This document shows positions 20,096 to 29,964 of a DNA stretch of 64,000 nucleotides, one piece after another. The first letter of the stretch is position 1. Every line of letters begins with the position of its first letter. Origin of the DNA: Gemmatimonadales bacterium (GTDB taxonomy: Bacteria; Gemmatimonadota; Gemmatimonadetes; Gemmatimonadales; GWC2-71-9). The stretch covers positions 32,001-96,000 of the forward strand of contig JBFJCP010000012.1 of NCBI GenBank assembly GCA_041615815.1, given 5' to 3'. The notes below the pieces were generated by a model. It was not told where the DNA came from, made no database searches, and worked only from the letters and a program-made list of their open reading frames with translations. Both the position numbers and the translations under genes were made by a program.

Positions 20096-22351
20096 TCAGA
20101 GAGCGAATGTGAACTGCCGCGTGAACTTGACGATCAGCGCCCGATCCAGCGGGCCGGTGGACCCCACCGTCCGCTCGATGGTGTTGAAGACGACGAAGAG
20201 TCCCGTGCCAGCCGTACTGAGCCATCCCAGACGAAAATTCCCCGAGAACTCGTCGTCCTGATTGTTGTACTGCACGAGCGATTGGAGATAGATCCGGGGC
20301 GTGAACGCGTACGACATCCGGAGTCCCACGAGTGCCGTTTCGAAGCTCCCCTGGGGCAGATCCACGTCATCGACGCTATGCCGCAGTTCGGCGATGAAGC
20401 GAGAGCCAACACGGGCACCGAAGCTCCCGGACAGACTCTTTCGGTGACCGCCATAGAATCCTCCGACTTCGAAGCGGCCACGATATGAGAGCGGGGCACT
20501 CAGATTGGTGTTGAATGCGAACCCCCATTCGACGTTGTCATACGTTCCCGGCGGGATGATCACCCCGTCGGCGATCTCGAAGGGATCCTTCAGGCCCTCG
20601 CGCGTGAGATTGACGGCGGGGAGTTGGAAGAATGCGCCGTTGGCGAACTCGAAGTGGCTGTCGATATGTACTACGCGAGTTTCCGTGAACCCGTCGAGAT
20701 CGAAAAACTCGCGGTAGGAGATGTGCGGGCGCAACTCGCGAAACCAGGAGAGTCCCGGGGTGCGGACGTGGCGCAAGATGCGGGCACTTGCGAAGCGATA
20801 GGACGAGCGGTCCAGAAATCCGACTTCCGGGTTGAACGATTCCGCCACCTCGCGAAACGAGCCGCCCACGAACCAGTTGCGCGTGGTGTAGCTCCCGCTC
20901 ATGCCAAAGGCGTGCTGCCCGCCAATGGCATCCGGTGTGGTGGTCCGCACCGCGTACCCATCGAACGTGAACGCCGTGCCAAGCCCCAGCCGTCCGTCCA
21001 CCCCGTATGTCAGATTGTGATCCGACGTATCGTCGGTGTTGAGCCGGCTCGTGAAGACAGCGCCAAAGCGCGATCGGTTGGGGAGTTCTCGTACCACCCG
21101 AGCAGCGCCATAATTGGTTTCCGCAATGGCGGTCTCGACGCCGGCGGTCTGAATATTGAGCAGACCGAAAGTGAATCCTCCGGCTTTGCCACTGAGGCGC
21201 GTCCCGCCACGAATGGGCACGACCCGCGTGTTCTCTTGCGCGTCCTCGGCAATTCCGATTCGACGACTGAAAAACACCTCCACCGATTGGGGCGTTCCCA
21301 CGGCGAAGGTCCCAGCGTTTTCCAGGAAGAAGGGACGCTTTTCCGGAAAGAACAGTCGAAAGCGCGTCAGGTTGACCTGCTGTTCGTCCACCTCCACCTG
21401 GGCAAAGTCCGTGTTGTACGTGAGATCCATCGTGAGGCTCGGCGTGATCCCGATCTTCGCGTCTCCTCCCACGTCTGCCGACAGATCCGTATCGGTTTCA
21501 TTGACGAAATCCCGATGCGCAGTACTCAAGCCGTAGGGGGTCACGGTCACGATGTGGTGGGACGGGGCCTCGATCCCCAGGAGTGTGCCCGCTAGCGACA
21601 CGCGGTACAGGTCGAACTGACGAGGAATCGGCGCCCAAAAGGCTTGCTCGTTACGCCGGCGAATGAAGCGAGCGAGGTTCAAGCCCCAGCGCTGTGGCCC
21701 CCCGCGTCCGTAGCGCAAGGTCGAGAAAGGAATGCGATACTCGGCGTACCAGCCTCCCTCGTCCACCGTCGCCGCCACGTCCCAGCTCCCATCCCAGTTG
21801 AGATTTAATCCCCCGCCGGATCCGGCTTGCTGTCTCGTCCCGGTGAAGCCACCCTCCCCCTCTTTGGTGACCTGCCCGTCATACTCGATGCCCGCCGGAG
21901 TAGTACCGAAAACGAAGGCGTTCTGGCGGTCCAAGTAGGTGTCGAGCACGAGCAGAAACGCGTCCATGTCCGCGAGATCCACGTCTCGCCGGGCCTCGCC
22001 TTGGACAATGGCCGCGGGATCGGTGTCGTAGAGCCACGCCCCGACGTAGATCGCGTCATCGTCAAACGCGATCCGAACCTCGGTGCGCTCGCTCGAGGGA
22101 CGACCTTCGAAGGGCTCGTTCTGAATGAAGTTCGTGATGGCGGGTCCGCGGCTCCATACCAGATCGTCCAGCCGTCCGTCGATGACTGGTGGTTGGTCCG
22201 TCCGCACACCGTGCGCGCGTACGGAACCTTCGGCCACTGACGGGTCCGTGCGGGCACCGGTTTCTTGCCCATGGGCCACCGCGGCTGCACCCGCCACGTG
22301 CACCATGAGCAACAGGACTGTCGAGCGCGTGAAGGGGGGCATGACGACCAA
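20096..22351 (-). CDS. DUF5916-type outer-membrane protein with N-terminal CBM9-like domain
   Basis: PPVIDGRLDD, AEYRIPFSTLRY, NTDFAQVEVD, FFPEKRPFFLE, FFSRRIG. Confidence 0.85.
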   Translation of the reverse strand: MVVMPPFTRSTVLLLMVHVAGAAAVAHGQETGARTDPSVAEGSVRAHGVRTDQPPVIDGRLDDLVWSRGPAITNFIQNEPFEGRPSSERTEVRIAFDDDAIYVGAWLYDTDPAAIVQGEARRDVDLADMDAFLLVLDTYLDRQNAFVFGTTPAGIEYDGQVTKEGEGGFTGTRQQAGSGGGLNLNWDGSWDVAATVDEGGWYAEYRIPFSTLRYGRGGPQRWGLNLARFIRRRNEQAFWAPIPRQFDLYRVSLAGTLLGIEAPSHHIVTVTPYGLSTAHRDFVNETDTDLSADVGGDAKIGITPSLTMDLTYNTDFAQVEVDEQQVNLTRFRLFFPEKRPFFLENAGTFAVGTPQSVEVFFSRRIGIAEDAQENTRVVPIRGGTRLSGKAGGFTFGLLNIQTAGVETAIAETNYGAARVVRELPNRSRFGAVFTSRLNTDDTSDHNLTYGVDGRLGLGTAFTFDGYAVRTTTPDAIGGQHAFGMSGSYTTRNWFVGGSFREVAESFNPEVGFLDRSSYRFASARILRHVRTPGLSWFRELRPHISYREFFDLDGFTETRVVHIDSHFEFANGAFFQLPAVNLTREGLKDPFEIADGVIIPPGTYDNVEWGFAFNTNLSAPLSYRGRFEVGGFYGGHRKSLSGSFGARVGSRFIAELRHSVDDVDLPQGSFETALVGLRMSYAFTPRIYLQSLVQYNNQDDEFSGNFRLGWLSTAGTGLFVVFNTIERTVGSTGPLDRALIVKFTRQFTFAL

Positions 22352-22605
22352 ATATACACGTCGCGCAGCGGGACATGAGGCATCAGCAACTTGGCAACGG
22401 ACAATTCGCCAGTGCCTTCATGAAGAACGTGAGCACGGCGCGGTGGGCAAGGTGACAAGGTGCAATGGACACTCGTAGAGCGCGCGCCGGCCACATGAAG
22501 GCCCGCGGCGTGGCCGCGCTCGATGACATCGACAACCGTGGAAAGACGTAGCTGCTGGTGGATCTCGTTACTCCGGTCCGAAGCTGGGGACCGCCGGGCG
22601 CAGCA

Positions 22606-24744
22606 TCAGCGTTCTTCCGTCTGCTCCGGAATCTCGGCCAGTGCCGGCGCGAGCCCCCACGTGGGCAGCCAATCCGCCGTTGGGCGTCCGAGAAGAAACC
22701 CCTGCACGAGATCGCACCCTTCGTCCTGCATGCGTCGAAGTTGCTGCGACGTCTCGATGCCTTCCGCCACCACATCCAGGCCCAACCGATGGCCGAGGCC
22801 CACGATGGCGCCCGCGACCGAAGCGGTGCGCAGCCCGTGGTCCGACGTCCGGATGAAGGACTGGTCGATCTTGAGCACATCCACGGCAAAGCGCTCCAGA
22901 TAGGCCAATGAGGAATACCCTGTGCCAAAATCATCGACGGCGATTCGCACACCGAGGTCCTTCAGGCCGGCGAGGGCGGCGTTGGCGCGCTTCGTGTCTC
23001 GCATCAACGTGCTCTCGGTGATCTCCAGCTCCAGCATCTCCGGTGTGAGGTGTGCCGCCGCCAGCGTGTTCGCTACGGCAGACACGATATCATGTCGATC
23101 GAATTGGCGGGCGGAGAGATTGACGGCCATCCGCACGTCGTGCAATCCCGACTCCCGCCAGACCCGGAGCTGCTCGCATGCGGCCTGTAACACCCACTCG
23201 CCAACGCGCCCGATCAGACCCATGTCCTCGAGCAACGGCACGATCCGTCTGGGCGGAACGATGGTTCCGTCCGGACGTCGCCAGCGCAATAGAGCCTCGA
23301 CCGCGACGATCTCGCCCGTGCGAAGATCCACCTGTGGTTGGTAGTGAAGCAGAAACTCCTTGCGTTCGACCGCGTGGAGCATCTCGCCCTCGAGCCGCAA
23401 GCGCACTCGAGCGGCACCGTCGTCCTCCGGTGTCGCCACCCGGTAGTGGTTGCGGCCGTTGCTCTTGGCGTTGTACATGGCGCCGTCCGCCGCCTTCAGG
23501 AGCCCCTCCACCGTGTCGGCCGCGTCGGGGTATAGCGCGATCCCAATACTGGTGGTCACCGCCACCTCGCCACTCTGGATCTCGACGGGGAGCGAGAGCG
23601 CACCGAGAATGCGTTCCGCGACCTCCGTGGCCGCTCTCGGATCTGTAAGATCCTCGAGTAAGACCGCAAACTCGTCGCCACCCAAGCGCGCCACCGAGTC
23701 GGATTCTCGCACCGCAGAGCGCAAACGGGCCGCGATCTGCCTGAGGACCGCGTCTCCGCTGTCGTGTCCGAGCGTGTCGTTGATACGCTTGAAGCGGTCG
23801 AGGTCCAAAAACATCAAGCCGAGCACGGTATGCTGGCGCCGACAACGTGCGAGCGCGTGACCCACCCGATCCCGAAAGGACGCCCGGTTGGCCAAGCCCG
23901 TCAGATCGTCGTGATGGGCCATGTGCGCCAGCCGTCGTTCGGCGCGCTTTCGTTCGGTGGCGTAGCGCAGCGAGCGCTCCAAGGAGTGCGGGTCGACCCG
24001 GGTTTTCAACAGATAGTCCTGTGCCCCCAAATGCACGGCTTGAACCGCAAGCGCGTCATCCTCGAGACCACTCAGGACGATGATGGCTGCGTCGGCCGCC
24101 GCTGTCTGCAGCTTGGTCACCGCATCGAGGCCTCGGGCATCGGGCAGGGTGAGATCCGCGATGATCACGTCATAGCTGGCACTTCGCAGCCGATCGATCC
24201 CATCGTCGAGTCGGGCAACGTGGTCGACCGTGGCCGAAGCCAATCGCGTGCGGGTGAGGAACCTCTCCACCAGGTCGACATCGGCAGGGTTCGCCTCGAT
24301 GAGGAGAATCGAGTAGCAGCACGGCTCCACCAAGTCGCCGGGCTCAACCGGTCCCCAGCGACGGTGCAGCTCCACCGCATTGCGCAACGTGGCGGCGAGC
24401 TCGTCGTGTTCCCACGGCTTGCCGATGATCGACACGATGGACCGGTCCGTGACATGATCGCGATGCAGATCCACATCAGGGAGGCCGGTGACAATCACGA
24501 ATGCGGTTGAGGGTTGGATGGGCTGCAGTCGCCGAATGAGCGTGAGTCCGTCCATGCCGGGCATCCGCAGATCGGTGGCGATCACGGCGAACCGCTGCTG
24601 TGTGGCACGACCGAGCGCCTCGGCCCCCGTCGCGGCCGTTTCCACATCGAACCCGGCTTGGCGCATGCCCCGCGCAAAAGCTCTGCGGGCGGCCGCCTCG
24701 TCATCGACAAACAACACCTTGGCGGGGCCGGGTCGATCGATCAT
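22606..24744 (-). CDS. REC-REC-GGDEF-EAL diguanylate cyclase/phosphodiesterase
   Basis: VLFVDDE..TDLRMPGMDG; second REC ADLTLPD..AQDYLLK; DLDRFKRIND, RESD..GGDEF; EALLRW, DDFGTGYSSL, VVAEGIET. Confidence 0.92.
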   Translation of the reverse strand: MIDRPGPAKVLFVDDEAAARRAFARGMRQAGFDVETAATGAEALGRATQQRFAVIATDLRMPGMDGLTLIRRLQPIQPSTAFVIVTGLPDVDLHRDHVTDRSIVSIIGKPWEHDELAATLRNAVELHRRWGPVEPGDLVEPCCYSILLIEANPADVDLVERFLTRTRLASATVDHVARLDDGIDRLRSASYDVIIADLTLPDARGLDAVTKLQTAAADAAIIVLSGLEDDALAVQAVHLGAQDYLLKTRVDPHSLERSLRYATERKRAERRLAHMAHHDDLTGLANRASFRDRVGHALARCRRQHTVLGLMFLDLDRFKRINDTLGHDSGDAVLRQIAARLRSAVRESDSVARLGGDEFAVLLEDLTDPRAATEVAERILGALSLPVEIQSGEVAVTTSIGIALYPDAADTVEGLLKAADGAMYNAKSNGRNHYRVATPEDDGAARVRLRLEGEMLHAVERKEFLLHYQPQVDLRTGEIVAVEALLRWRRPDGTIVPPRRIVPLLEDMGLIGRVGEWVLQAACEQLRVWRESGLHDVRMAVNLSARQFDRHDIVSAVANTLAAAHLTPEMLELEITESTLMRDTKRANAALAGLKDLGVRIAVDDFGTGYSSLAYLERFAVDVLKIDQSFIRTSDHGLRTASVAGAIVGLGHRLGLDVVAEGIETSQQLRRMQDEGCDLVQGFLLGRPTADWLPTWGLAPALAEIPEQTEER

Positions 24745-24911
24745 GTGGTCCGTTGCTGTTTGGACGGTCCACCCCCTCCCCGCCAACGCCGAGGGCGCTG
24801 GCGGCATCGGGGGAGACCGAAACGATGGTCGGGGGGTTGCCCCCGCCCGTCACGGCAACCGTGGATGTCCTCTGGAGTATCGACCGGCGGTCGGAGGAAC
24901 TTGACGCGGAG

Positions 24912-26576
24912 TCAAACGCCGCCGGCCCGGCGGTGCTCCTCCTCCTTGAGCTCTCGCCGTAACAGCTTGCCTACCTTGGACTTTGGCAACATGTCGCGGA
25001 ACTCGACATAGTCCGGGACCTCGTAGGGAAGGAGTCGTTCGCGGCAGTGCTGGAGGAGATCGAACGCCGTGACCCCGCGCGCGTCGCGATCGAGAATGAC
25101 GAACGCCTTGACGTTTTCCCCCGCGACCCGATCCGGCGACCCTACGACCGCCGCTGCCAGGACGGCGGGATGGTCGTGAAGGACCGATTCCACGCGTGAG
25201 GCCGACACGCGAAAGCCCTTGTGCTTGATCAAATCCGCCCGACGGTCCACGAACTCGAGAGCACCGTCGTGGCCGAGTCGCACGTAATCTCCCGTACGAC
25301 ACCACGTGCGACCATCGATCGTGACGTACGTTCGATCCGTCTCTTCCACGTTCCGCCAATACCCCGCGTCCTCATACGAATACGGAGAGCCAACCAGCAA
25401 CTCCCCCTCGGCGCCCGCGGCGACCGGCATCATCGACTCGGGATCCACCACCCGCACGTCACGAGTCGGAATGATCTGTCCAACCTGGTGGGGGTGGGGC
25501 TCGTGGTCGAGCGCGCTCGCCGAGATGCAGACCGTCTCCGTGGAGCCGTACACCTGATGAATCGGAAGTCCCGTATGGCGTCGCCACGCCGCCGCGGTTT
25601 CCGCGGGAAGCACGTCGCCGGCGCTCCAGCAGTATCGCAGCGAGCCAATATCGTACATACCCAGACGCTGGTTATCCAACAGGCGGCGGTAGAGGGCTGG
25701 GACCCCAACGAGCAGGGTGGCGCGATGCCGCTCGATGGCTGCTAGCACCGCATCCGCTCCGGGGATCGGGAGGATCTCGGCCGCACTCCCTAGGTGCAGA
25801 GCGAGCGCCCAGAGCATATCCTGGGTAAACATGTGAAACAGCGGAAGCCCGACGATCACGACGTGTCCCGCCTCACCCAACGCGCGTCGGTACATCTCCC
25901 GCAATCCGATGATGCCACTGAGCAACTCGGCGTGCGCATGTGGCACACCCTTGGGAAATCCGGTGGTGCCTCCCGTGTAGAGAATATGCGCCAGCTGACC
26001 TCCGGCATGCGCGGTGGGCGCATGCCGCCTCGTGGGCTTGCGACGAAGGATCGCCGAAAAATCGTGCACCCCTGAATCACGCTGGACGGTCCCCGTCGGC
26101 ACGCGGTTCAGCGCCACGCCCAACCAACGCTTCCACCACGGCAACAGGTCGCTGACTCGCGTGACGACGATCGCCGTGACGCCGGTCTGCGGCGCTACTT
26201 CCCGGACATAGCCGAAATTCGTATCGCTACAGAACACCACGCGAGCACCGGCGTTCTGAATGAGGTAGCGCAACTCATGCGGCGTGTAGATATGGGAGAC
26301 CGGAACGGGAACTGCCTCGGCAAGCTGGAGTCCCAGATACGTCACGACCCATTGGGGACAGTTGGGAAGATAGAGCAGCGCCCGTTCGTCTTTTTCAATT
26401 CCCAGCCCGCTCGCTGCGTCCGCCAATCGCTGAAGCAGATCCCACAGCTCGCGGTAGGTGAAGCGCTGACCCAAGAAAATGATCGCCGAACGCTTCGGAT
26501 AACGCTGCGCCATCTCCTCGATCCGGTGGAGGATCGTCCCTTCGTGGCTGATCATGCGGTGGAGTTCCCCGATCAT
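24912..26576 (-). CDS. Long-chain fatty-acid/acyl-CoA ligase
   Basis: YTGGTTGFPKG, YGSTE, RTGD, LPKSKVGKLLRR; ATGA overlap with the upstream ABC ATPase. Confidence 0.88.
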   Translation of the reverse strand: MIGELHRMISHEGTILHRIEEMAQRYPKRSAIIFLGQRFTYRELWDLLQRLADAASGLGIEKDERALLYLPNCPQWVVTYLGLQLAEAVPVPVSHIYTPHELRYLIQNAGARVVFCSDTNFGYVREVAPQTGVTAIVVTRVSDLLPWWKRWLGVALNRVPTGTVQRDSGVHDFSAILRRKPTRRHAPTAHAGGQLAHILYTGGTTGFPKGVPHAHAELLSGIIGLREMYRRALGEAGHVVIVGLPLFHMFTQDMLWALALHLGSAAEILPIPGADAVLAAIERHRATLLVGVPALYRRLLDNQRLGMYDIGSLRYCWSAGDVLPAETAAAWRRHTGLPIHQVYGSTETVCISASALDHEPHPHQVGQIIPTRDVRVVDPESMMPVAAGAEGELLVGSPYSYEDAGYWRNVEETDRTYVTIDGRTWCRTGDYVRLGHDGALEFVDRRADLIKHKGFRVSASRVESVLHDHPAVLAAAVVGSPDRVAGENVKAFVILDRDARGVTAFDLLQHCRERLLPYEVPDYVEFRDMLPKSKVGKLLRRELKEEEHRRAGGV

Positions 26577-27331
26577 GCGCCAAAATAGGCCGCCCGGACG
26601 TGAGGATTTCGCATCAGCTCCCCTCCCGTACCGCTCAGGGTGATACTCCCTCCCTCCATCACATAGCCCCGATCCACGATGGGCAGCACGGGACGAGCAT
26701 ACTGCTCCGTGATGAGCACCGTCGTGCCCCGTTGTGCGATTTCTCGAATGGCCGCGATCACGCGAACTTGGACCATGGGCGACAGACCGAGGAGCGGCTC
26801 GTCCACCAGAAAGAGCGTGGGACCGGCCATGAGCGCACGCCCAATCGCCAGCATCTGCTGTTCTCCTCCGCTCAAGAAACCGGCCGGCCGCGACCGCAGG
26901 TCGAACAGATCGGGGAACAGATCCCACACGAACCGGAGGCGGTCCGCGATCGTACGGCGCGGCGCTCGAAATGCGCCTATCAGGAGATTCTCCGCTACCG
27001 TGCTCTCGGCAAAGACACGCCGCCGCTCGGGGCACAACACCAAGCCGCGCACCACCCGTGGGTGGGGACGAAGCGTGGTGATATCCTCGTCCCCATACTG
27101 GACCGTGCCAAGGATCGTGATTCGTTCACCCCCCCGCCGCTCCTCCCGCACCGCACGTTCCAACAGGAGACCCGACAGGGCATACATGAGCGTCGACTTC
27201 CCCGCACCATTGGAACCCAGCACTCCGACCACCTCGCCACGCCGAACCACCAAGGTCACATTGTTGACCGCTACCGCGTTCTCGTAAAACACCAGCAGAT
27301 CGGTGGCGCGCAACAATTCAGACCTCGGCAC
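26573..27331 (-). CDS. Branched-chain amino acid-type ABC transporter ATPase (LivF-like)
   Basis: GSNGAGKST, LSGGEQQMLAIGRALM, VDEPLLGLSP; start GTG 27331 is approximate. Confidence 0.88.
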   Translation of the reverse strand: MPRSELLRATDLLVFYENAVAVNNVTLVVRRGEVVGVLGSNGAGKSTLMYALSGLLLERAVREERRGGERITILGTVQYGDEDITTLRPHPRVVRGLVLCPERRRVFAESTVAENLLIGAFRAPRRTIADRLRFVWDLFPDLFDLRSRPAGFLSGGEQQMLAIGRALMAGPTLFLVDEPLLGLSPMVQVRVIAAIREIAQRGTTVLITEQYARPVLPIVDRGYVMEGGSITLSGTGGELMRNPHVRAAYFGA

Positions 27332-28094
27332 CAAGGTACATCTCGCGCACGTCGCTATCGGCGGCGATCTCTGTTGGTGACCCTTCCAGAACCTTGCGCC
27401 CATCGTGGAGCACGACGATCCACTCCGCAACGCGAAATAGCTCTCGCAAACGATGCTCCACGAGAATGAGACTCACGCCACGCACCTGCAGCTTCTCGAG
27501 CAGCGGGAGGAGGCTGGCAATCTCCGACGGGCTCAGACCGGAGAATAGCTCGTCAGTGATGATGACCTCCGGATCGAGGGCGAGGCAGCGGGCCAGCTCC
27601 AAGCGTCGCAGGTACCCCTGGGGCAATGCCGCCGCCGTCTGGTGGGGAACGGCGGAGTCCCGTTCAAAACCAACCTCCTCCAACAAATCCATCGCCGTTG
27701 CCGCCCGCGATCCGAACCCGCCACCACGCGACCGGCCACGTACCCGACCCGAACACAATGCGACGATGAGGGTCTCGACCGCCGAGAGCTTGTGAAAGGG
27801 ACGCGCAGTCTGAAACGTTCGGGCGATCCCAAACCCGACGATGTCTTCGGGAGATCGGTCCGTGATATCGACGTCTCGCAGCCTGACGGAACCGGAGTCG
27901 GCGCGGACGAATCCCGAGAGGACGTTGACCAACGTCGTCTTCCCCGATCCATTGGGACCGATGATGCCAACGGTGGCCCCCCGGGGCACCATCAAACTCA
28001 CTCCGTCCAGCGCGAGCAATCCGCCAAACTGCTTGGAGAGGTTCGCAATGCGGAGCAGCGGCTCGCGCGGGTCGGCCCTCACACGTCCACCCAT
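27318..28094 (-). CDS. ABC transporter ATPase (LivG-like)
   Basis: KQFGGLLAL, GPNGSGKTT, GIARTFQ, RRLELARCLA, VEH, YLG. Confidence 0.88.
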   Translation of the reverse strand: MGGRVRADPREPLLRIANLSKQFGGLLALDGVSLMVPRGATVGIIGPNGSGKTTLVNVLSGFVRADSGSVRLRDVDITDRSPEDIVGFGIARTFQTARPFHKLSAVETLIVALCSGRVRGRSRGGGFGSRAATAMDLLEEVGFERDSAVPHQTAAALPQGYLRRLELARCLALDPEVIITDELFSGLSPSEIASLLPLLEKLQVRGVSLILVEHRLRELFRVAEWIVVLHDGRKVLEGSPTEIAADSDVREMYLGAEV

Positions 28095-29119
28095 CGTTCC
28101 ACTTGTTCGTAGCGTCGACGCAGATACGGCACCAGGCCGTCCGGCTTCCAGAGAATCATCAGGACGAGCAGCCCGCTGTAGACGACGATCCGCAGGGACC
28201 CCAGATCACGGGCGGCCTCCGATAGGGGGAGAAGCAGAAACGCGCCCAGGACCGGCCCGGCGAGCGTTCCGACCCCACCAACGACAGCCGCCGCAATGGG
28301 CAGTATCGAGAGATCGAGCGCGAAGGCGGAGAGTCCGGCAACCATGTACAGGTGGGTGAAATACGCACCGGCAAAGGCCCCCAACGCCGCGGCCACGAAG
28401 ACGGCCACCACCCGATAGCGCGTCACGGCAATTCCACTGGCTCGCACCGCGAGATCGTCGTCACCCACGGCCCGGAGCACGAGACCAACGTCCGTGACCA
28501 GCATTCGGCGAAGCGCAAACACCGCCGTGACCACGACGACCAGGATCAGCAGACGTTCTATCCAGGGATGCGGAAGTGGTTCGATGCCCAGAAGCCCATC
28601 GGTGCCGCCAAACACCGCCGTGGCCTCGATGATCCGTGCAAAGAGCAGCGGATAGACCAACGTGGTCATCGAAAAGTAGATGCCTCGCAAGGAGAGACAC
28701 GGGAGCAGCAACAAGGTCGACAATGCAGCTCCCACCAGCGTGGCGAGAATCAATCCCACCAGCGGGTCGGCCCCGAGGCGGTTCCAGAGCGCGGCACTAT
28801 AGGCACCGACACCGAAGAACAGGGCCTGGCCCAGGGACACGAGACCGGTGGTGCCGGCGAGAAAGTCCCAGCTCAGCGCCAAGAGCCCGTACAGACCCGC
28901 GATGGTGATGATGCGCTGGACGTACGGATTCGGCACCAGCACTGCGACCGCGAACAGCACGACGATCGGCACCACACGCGGGGCAAGCAGGTACGCGAGA
29001 TACCGAACCGACGTCAGGGCATTGAGGTCGTCGGTCAGGACCTTGATGGGACGCTCGAGGCGCTCGCGGCGGCGTGACAACGGACTAGAGCCGCTCCTCA
29101 AGCGCGTGTTGTTGACCAA
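28079..29119 (-). CDS. ABC transporter permease (LivM-like)
   Basis: GLVSLGQALFFGVGAY, LRGIYFSMTT, VVGGVGTLAGPVLGA, PDGL. Confidence 0.85.
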   Translation of the reverse strand: MVNNTRLRSGSSPLSRRRERLERPIKVLTDDLNALTSVRYLAYLLAPRVVPIVVLFAVAVLVPNPYVQRIITIAGLYGLLALSWDFLAGTTGLVSLGQALFFGVGAYSAALWNRLGADPLVGLILATLVGAALSTLLLLPCLSLRGIYFSMTTLVYPLLFARIIEATAVFGGTDGLLGIEPLPHPWIERLLILVVVVTAVFALRRMLVTDVGLVLRAVGDDDLAVRASGIAVTRYRVVAVFVAAALGAFAGAYFTHLYMVAGLSAFALDLSILPIAAAVVGGVGTLAGPVLGAFLLLPLSEAARDLGSLRIVVYSGLLVLMILWKPDGLVPYLRRRYEQVERWVDV

Positions 29120-29957
29120 ACAAGCCGGAGGGGCGGATCATGAGCGTCAGCAAGATGGCGAGCAACGCCACGATCATCTGGAAGTGCGGCCCCAATACCG
29201 TCACTGATACGATCTGCACGTATCCAATCAGCAAGCTCGCGACGATGACACCCATGGTGCTCCCCAACCCGCCCACGATGCAGACGGCGATGGCCGTGAT
29301 CAGGACGTTGCCACCCGACTCCGCGCCGAGAAAGCTCAAGGGAACGAGCAAGACGGCCGCGACCCCCGCGAGACCCGCACCGAGCGCCACGCTCAGCGTC
29401 GCCGCTCGGTCCGCATCGATACCCACCGTCATCGCCGCCTCTTCGTCCTGCGCGATCGCCCGAAGCGACAGTCCCATGCGCGTGCGGTGACTGAACCACC
29501 ACAGCCCCGCTCCGAGCAGAAGGCCCGCAGCCACGACCATGATGCGCTGCGCGTCCACGGGCACCCCGAGAATCTCCAAGCGCCGTGCCGTGAACGGTGC
29601 AAGCCCGAAATTCGTCCCGAAGAACCCCAGAAAACGCATGAACTCGAGCGCCGTGATCCCGAGCGCGAACGTCACAATGACCTCAGCCAGTGGCAACCCG
29701 CGCACCCGAAGCAACACGTATCGATATAACACCACGCCCAGCGCCGCTGTCGCGGCAATCGCCAGTGGGGCCGCGAGCGCGTATGGCAGCCCCGCCCGCT
29801 GCAACAGTATCCACGCCGTGAAACCGCCGATCACATAGAGCGCACCGTGGGCAAAATTGGCGATTCGACTGATGCCGTAGGTCACCGAAAAGCCAATCGC
29901 CGTGAGCGCCAAGATGGCGCTATTGATGAGGCCATAGATTACGAGGGATACGATCAT
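29085..29957 (-). CDS. ABC transporter permease (LivH-like)
   Basis: AIGFSVTYG..ANFAHG, GLSLRAIAQD, IVGGLGS, IRPSGLFG. Confidence 0.88.
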   Translation of the reverse strand: MIVSLVIYGLINSAILALTAIGFSVTYGISRIANFAHGALYVIGGFTAWILLQRAGLPYALAAPLAIAATAALGVVLYRYVLLRVRGLPLAEVIVTFALGITALEFMRFLGFFGTNFGLAPFTARRLEILGVPVDAQRIMVVAAGLLLGAGLWWFSHRTRMGLSLRAIAQDEEAAMTVGIDADRAATLSVALGAGLAGVAAVLLVPLSFLGAESGGNVLITAIAVCIVGGLGSTMGVIVASLLIGYVQIVSVTVLGPHFQMIVALLAILLTLMIRPSGLFGQQHALEERL

Positions 29958-29964
29958 CGCGGTG

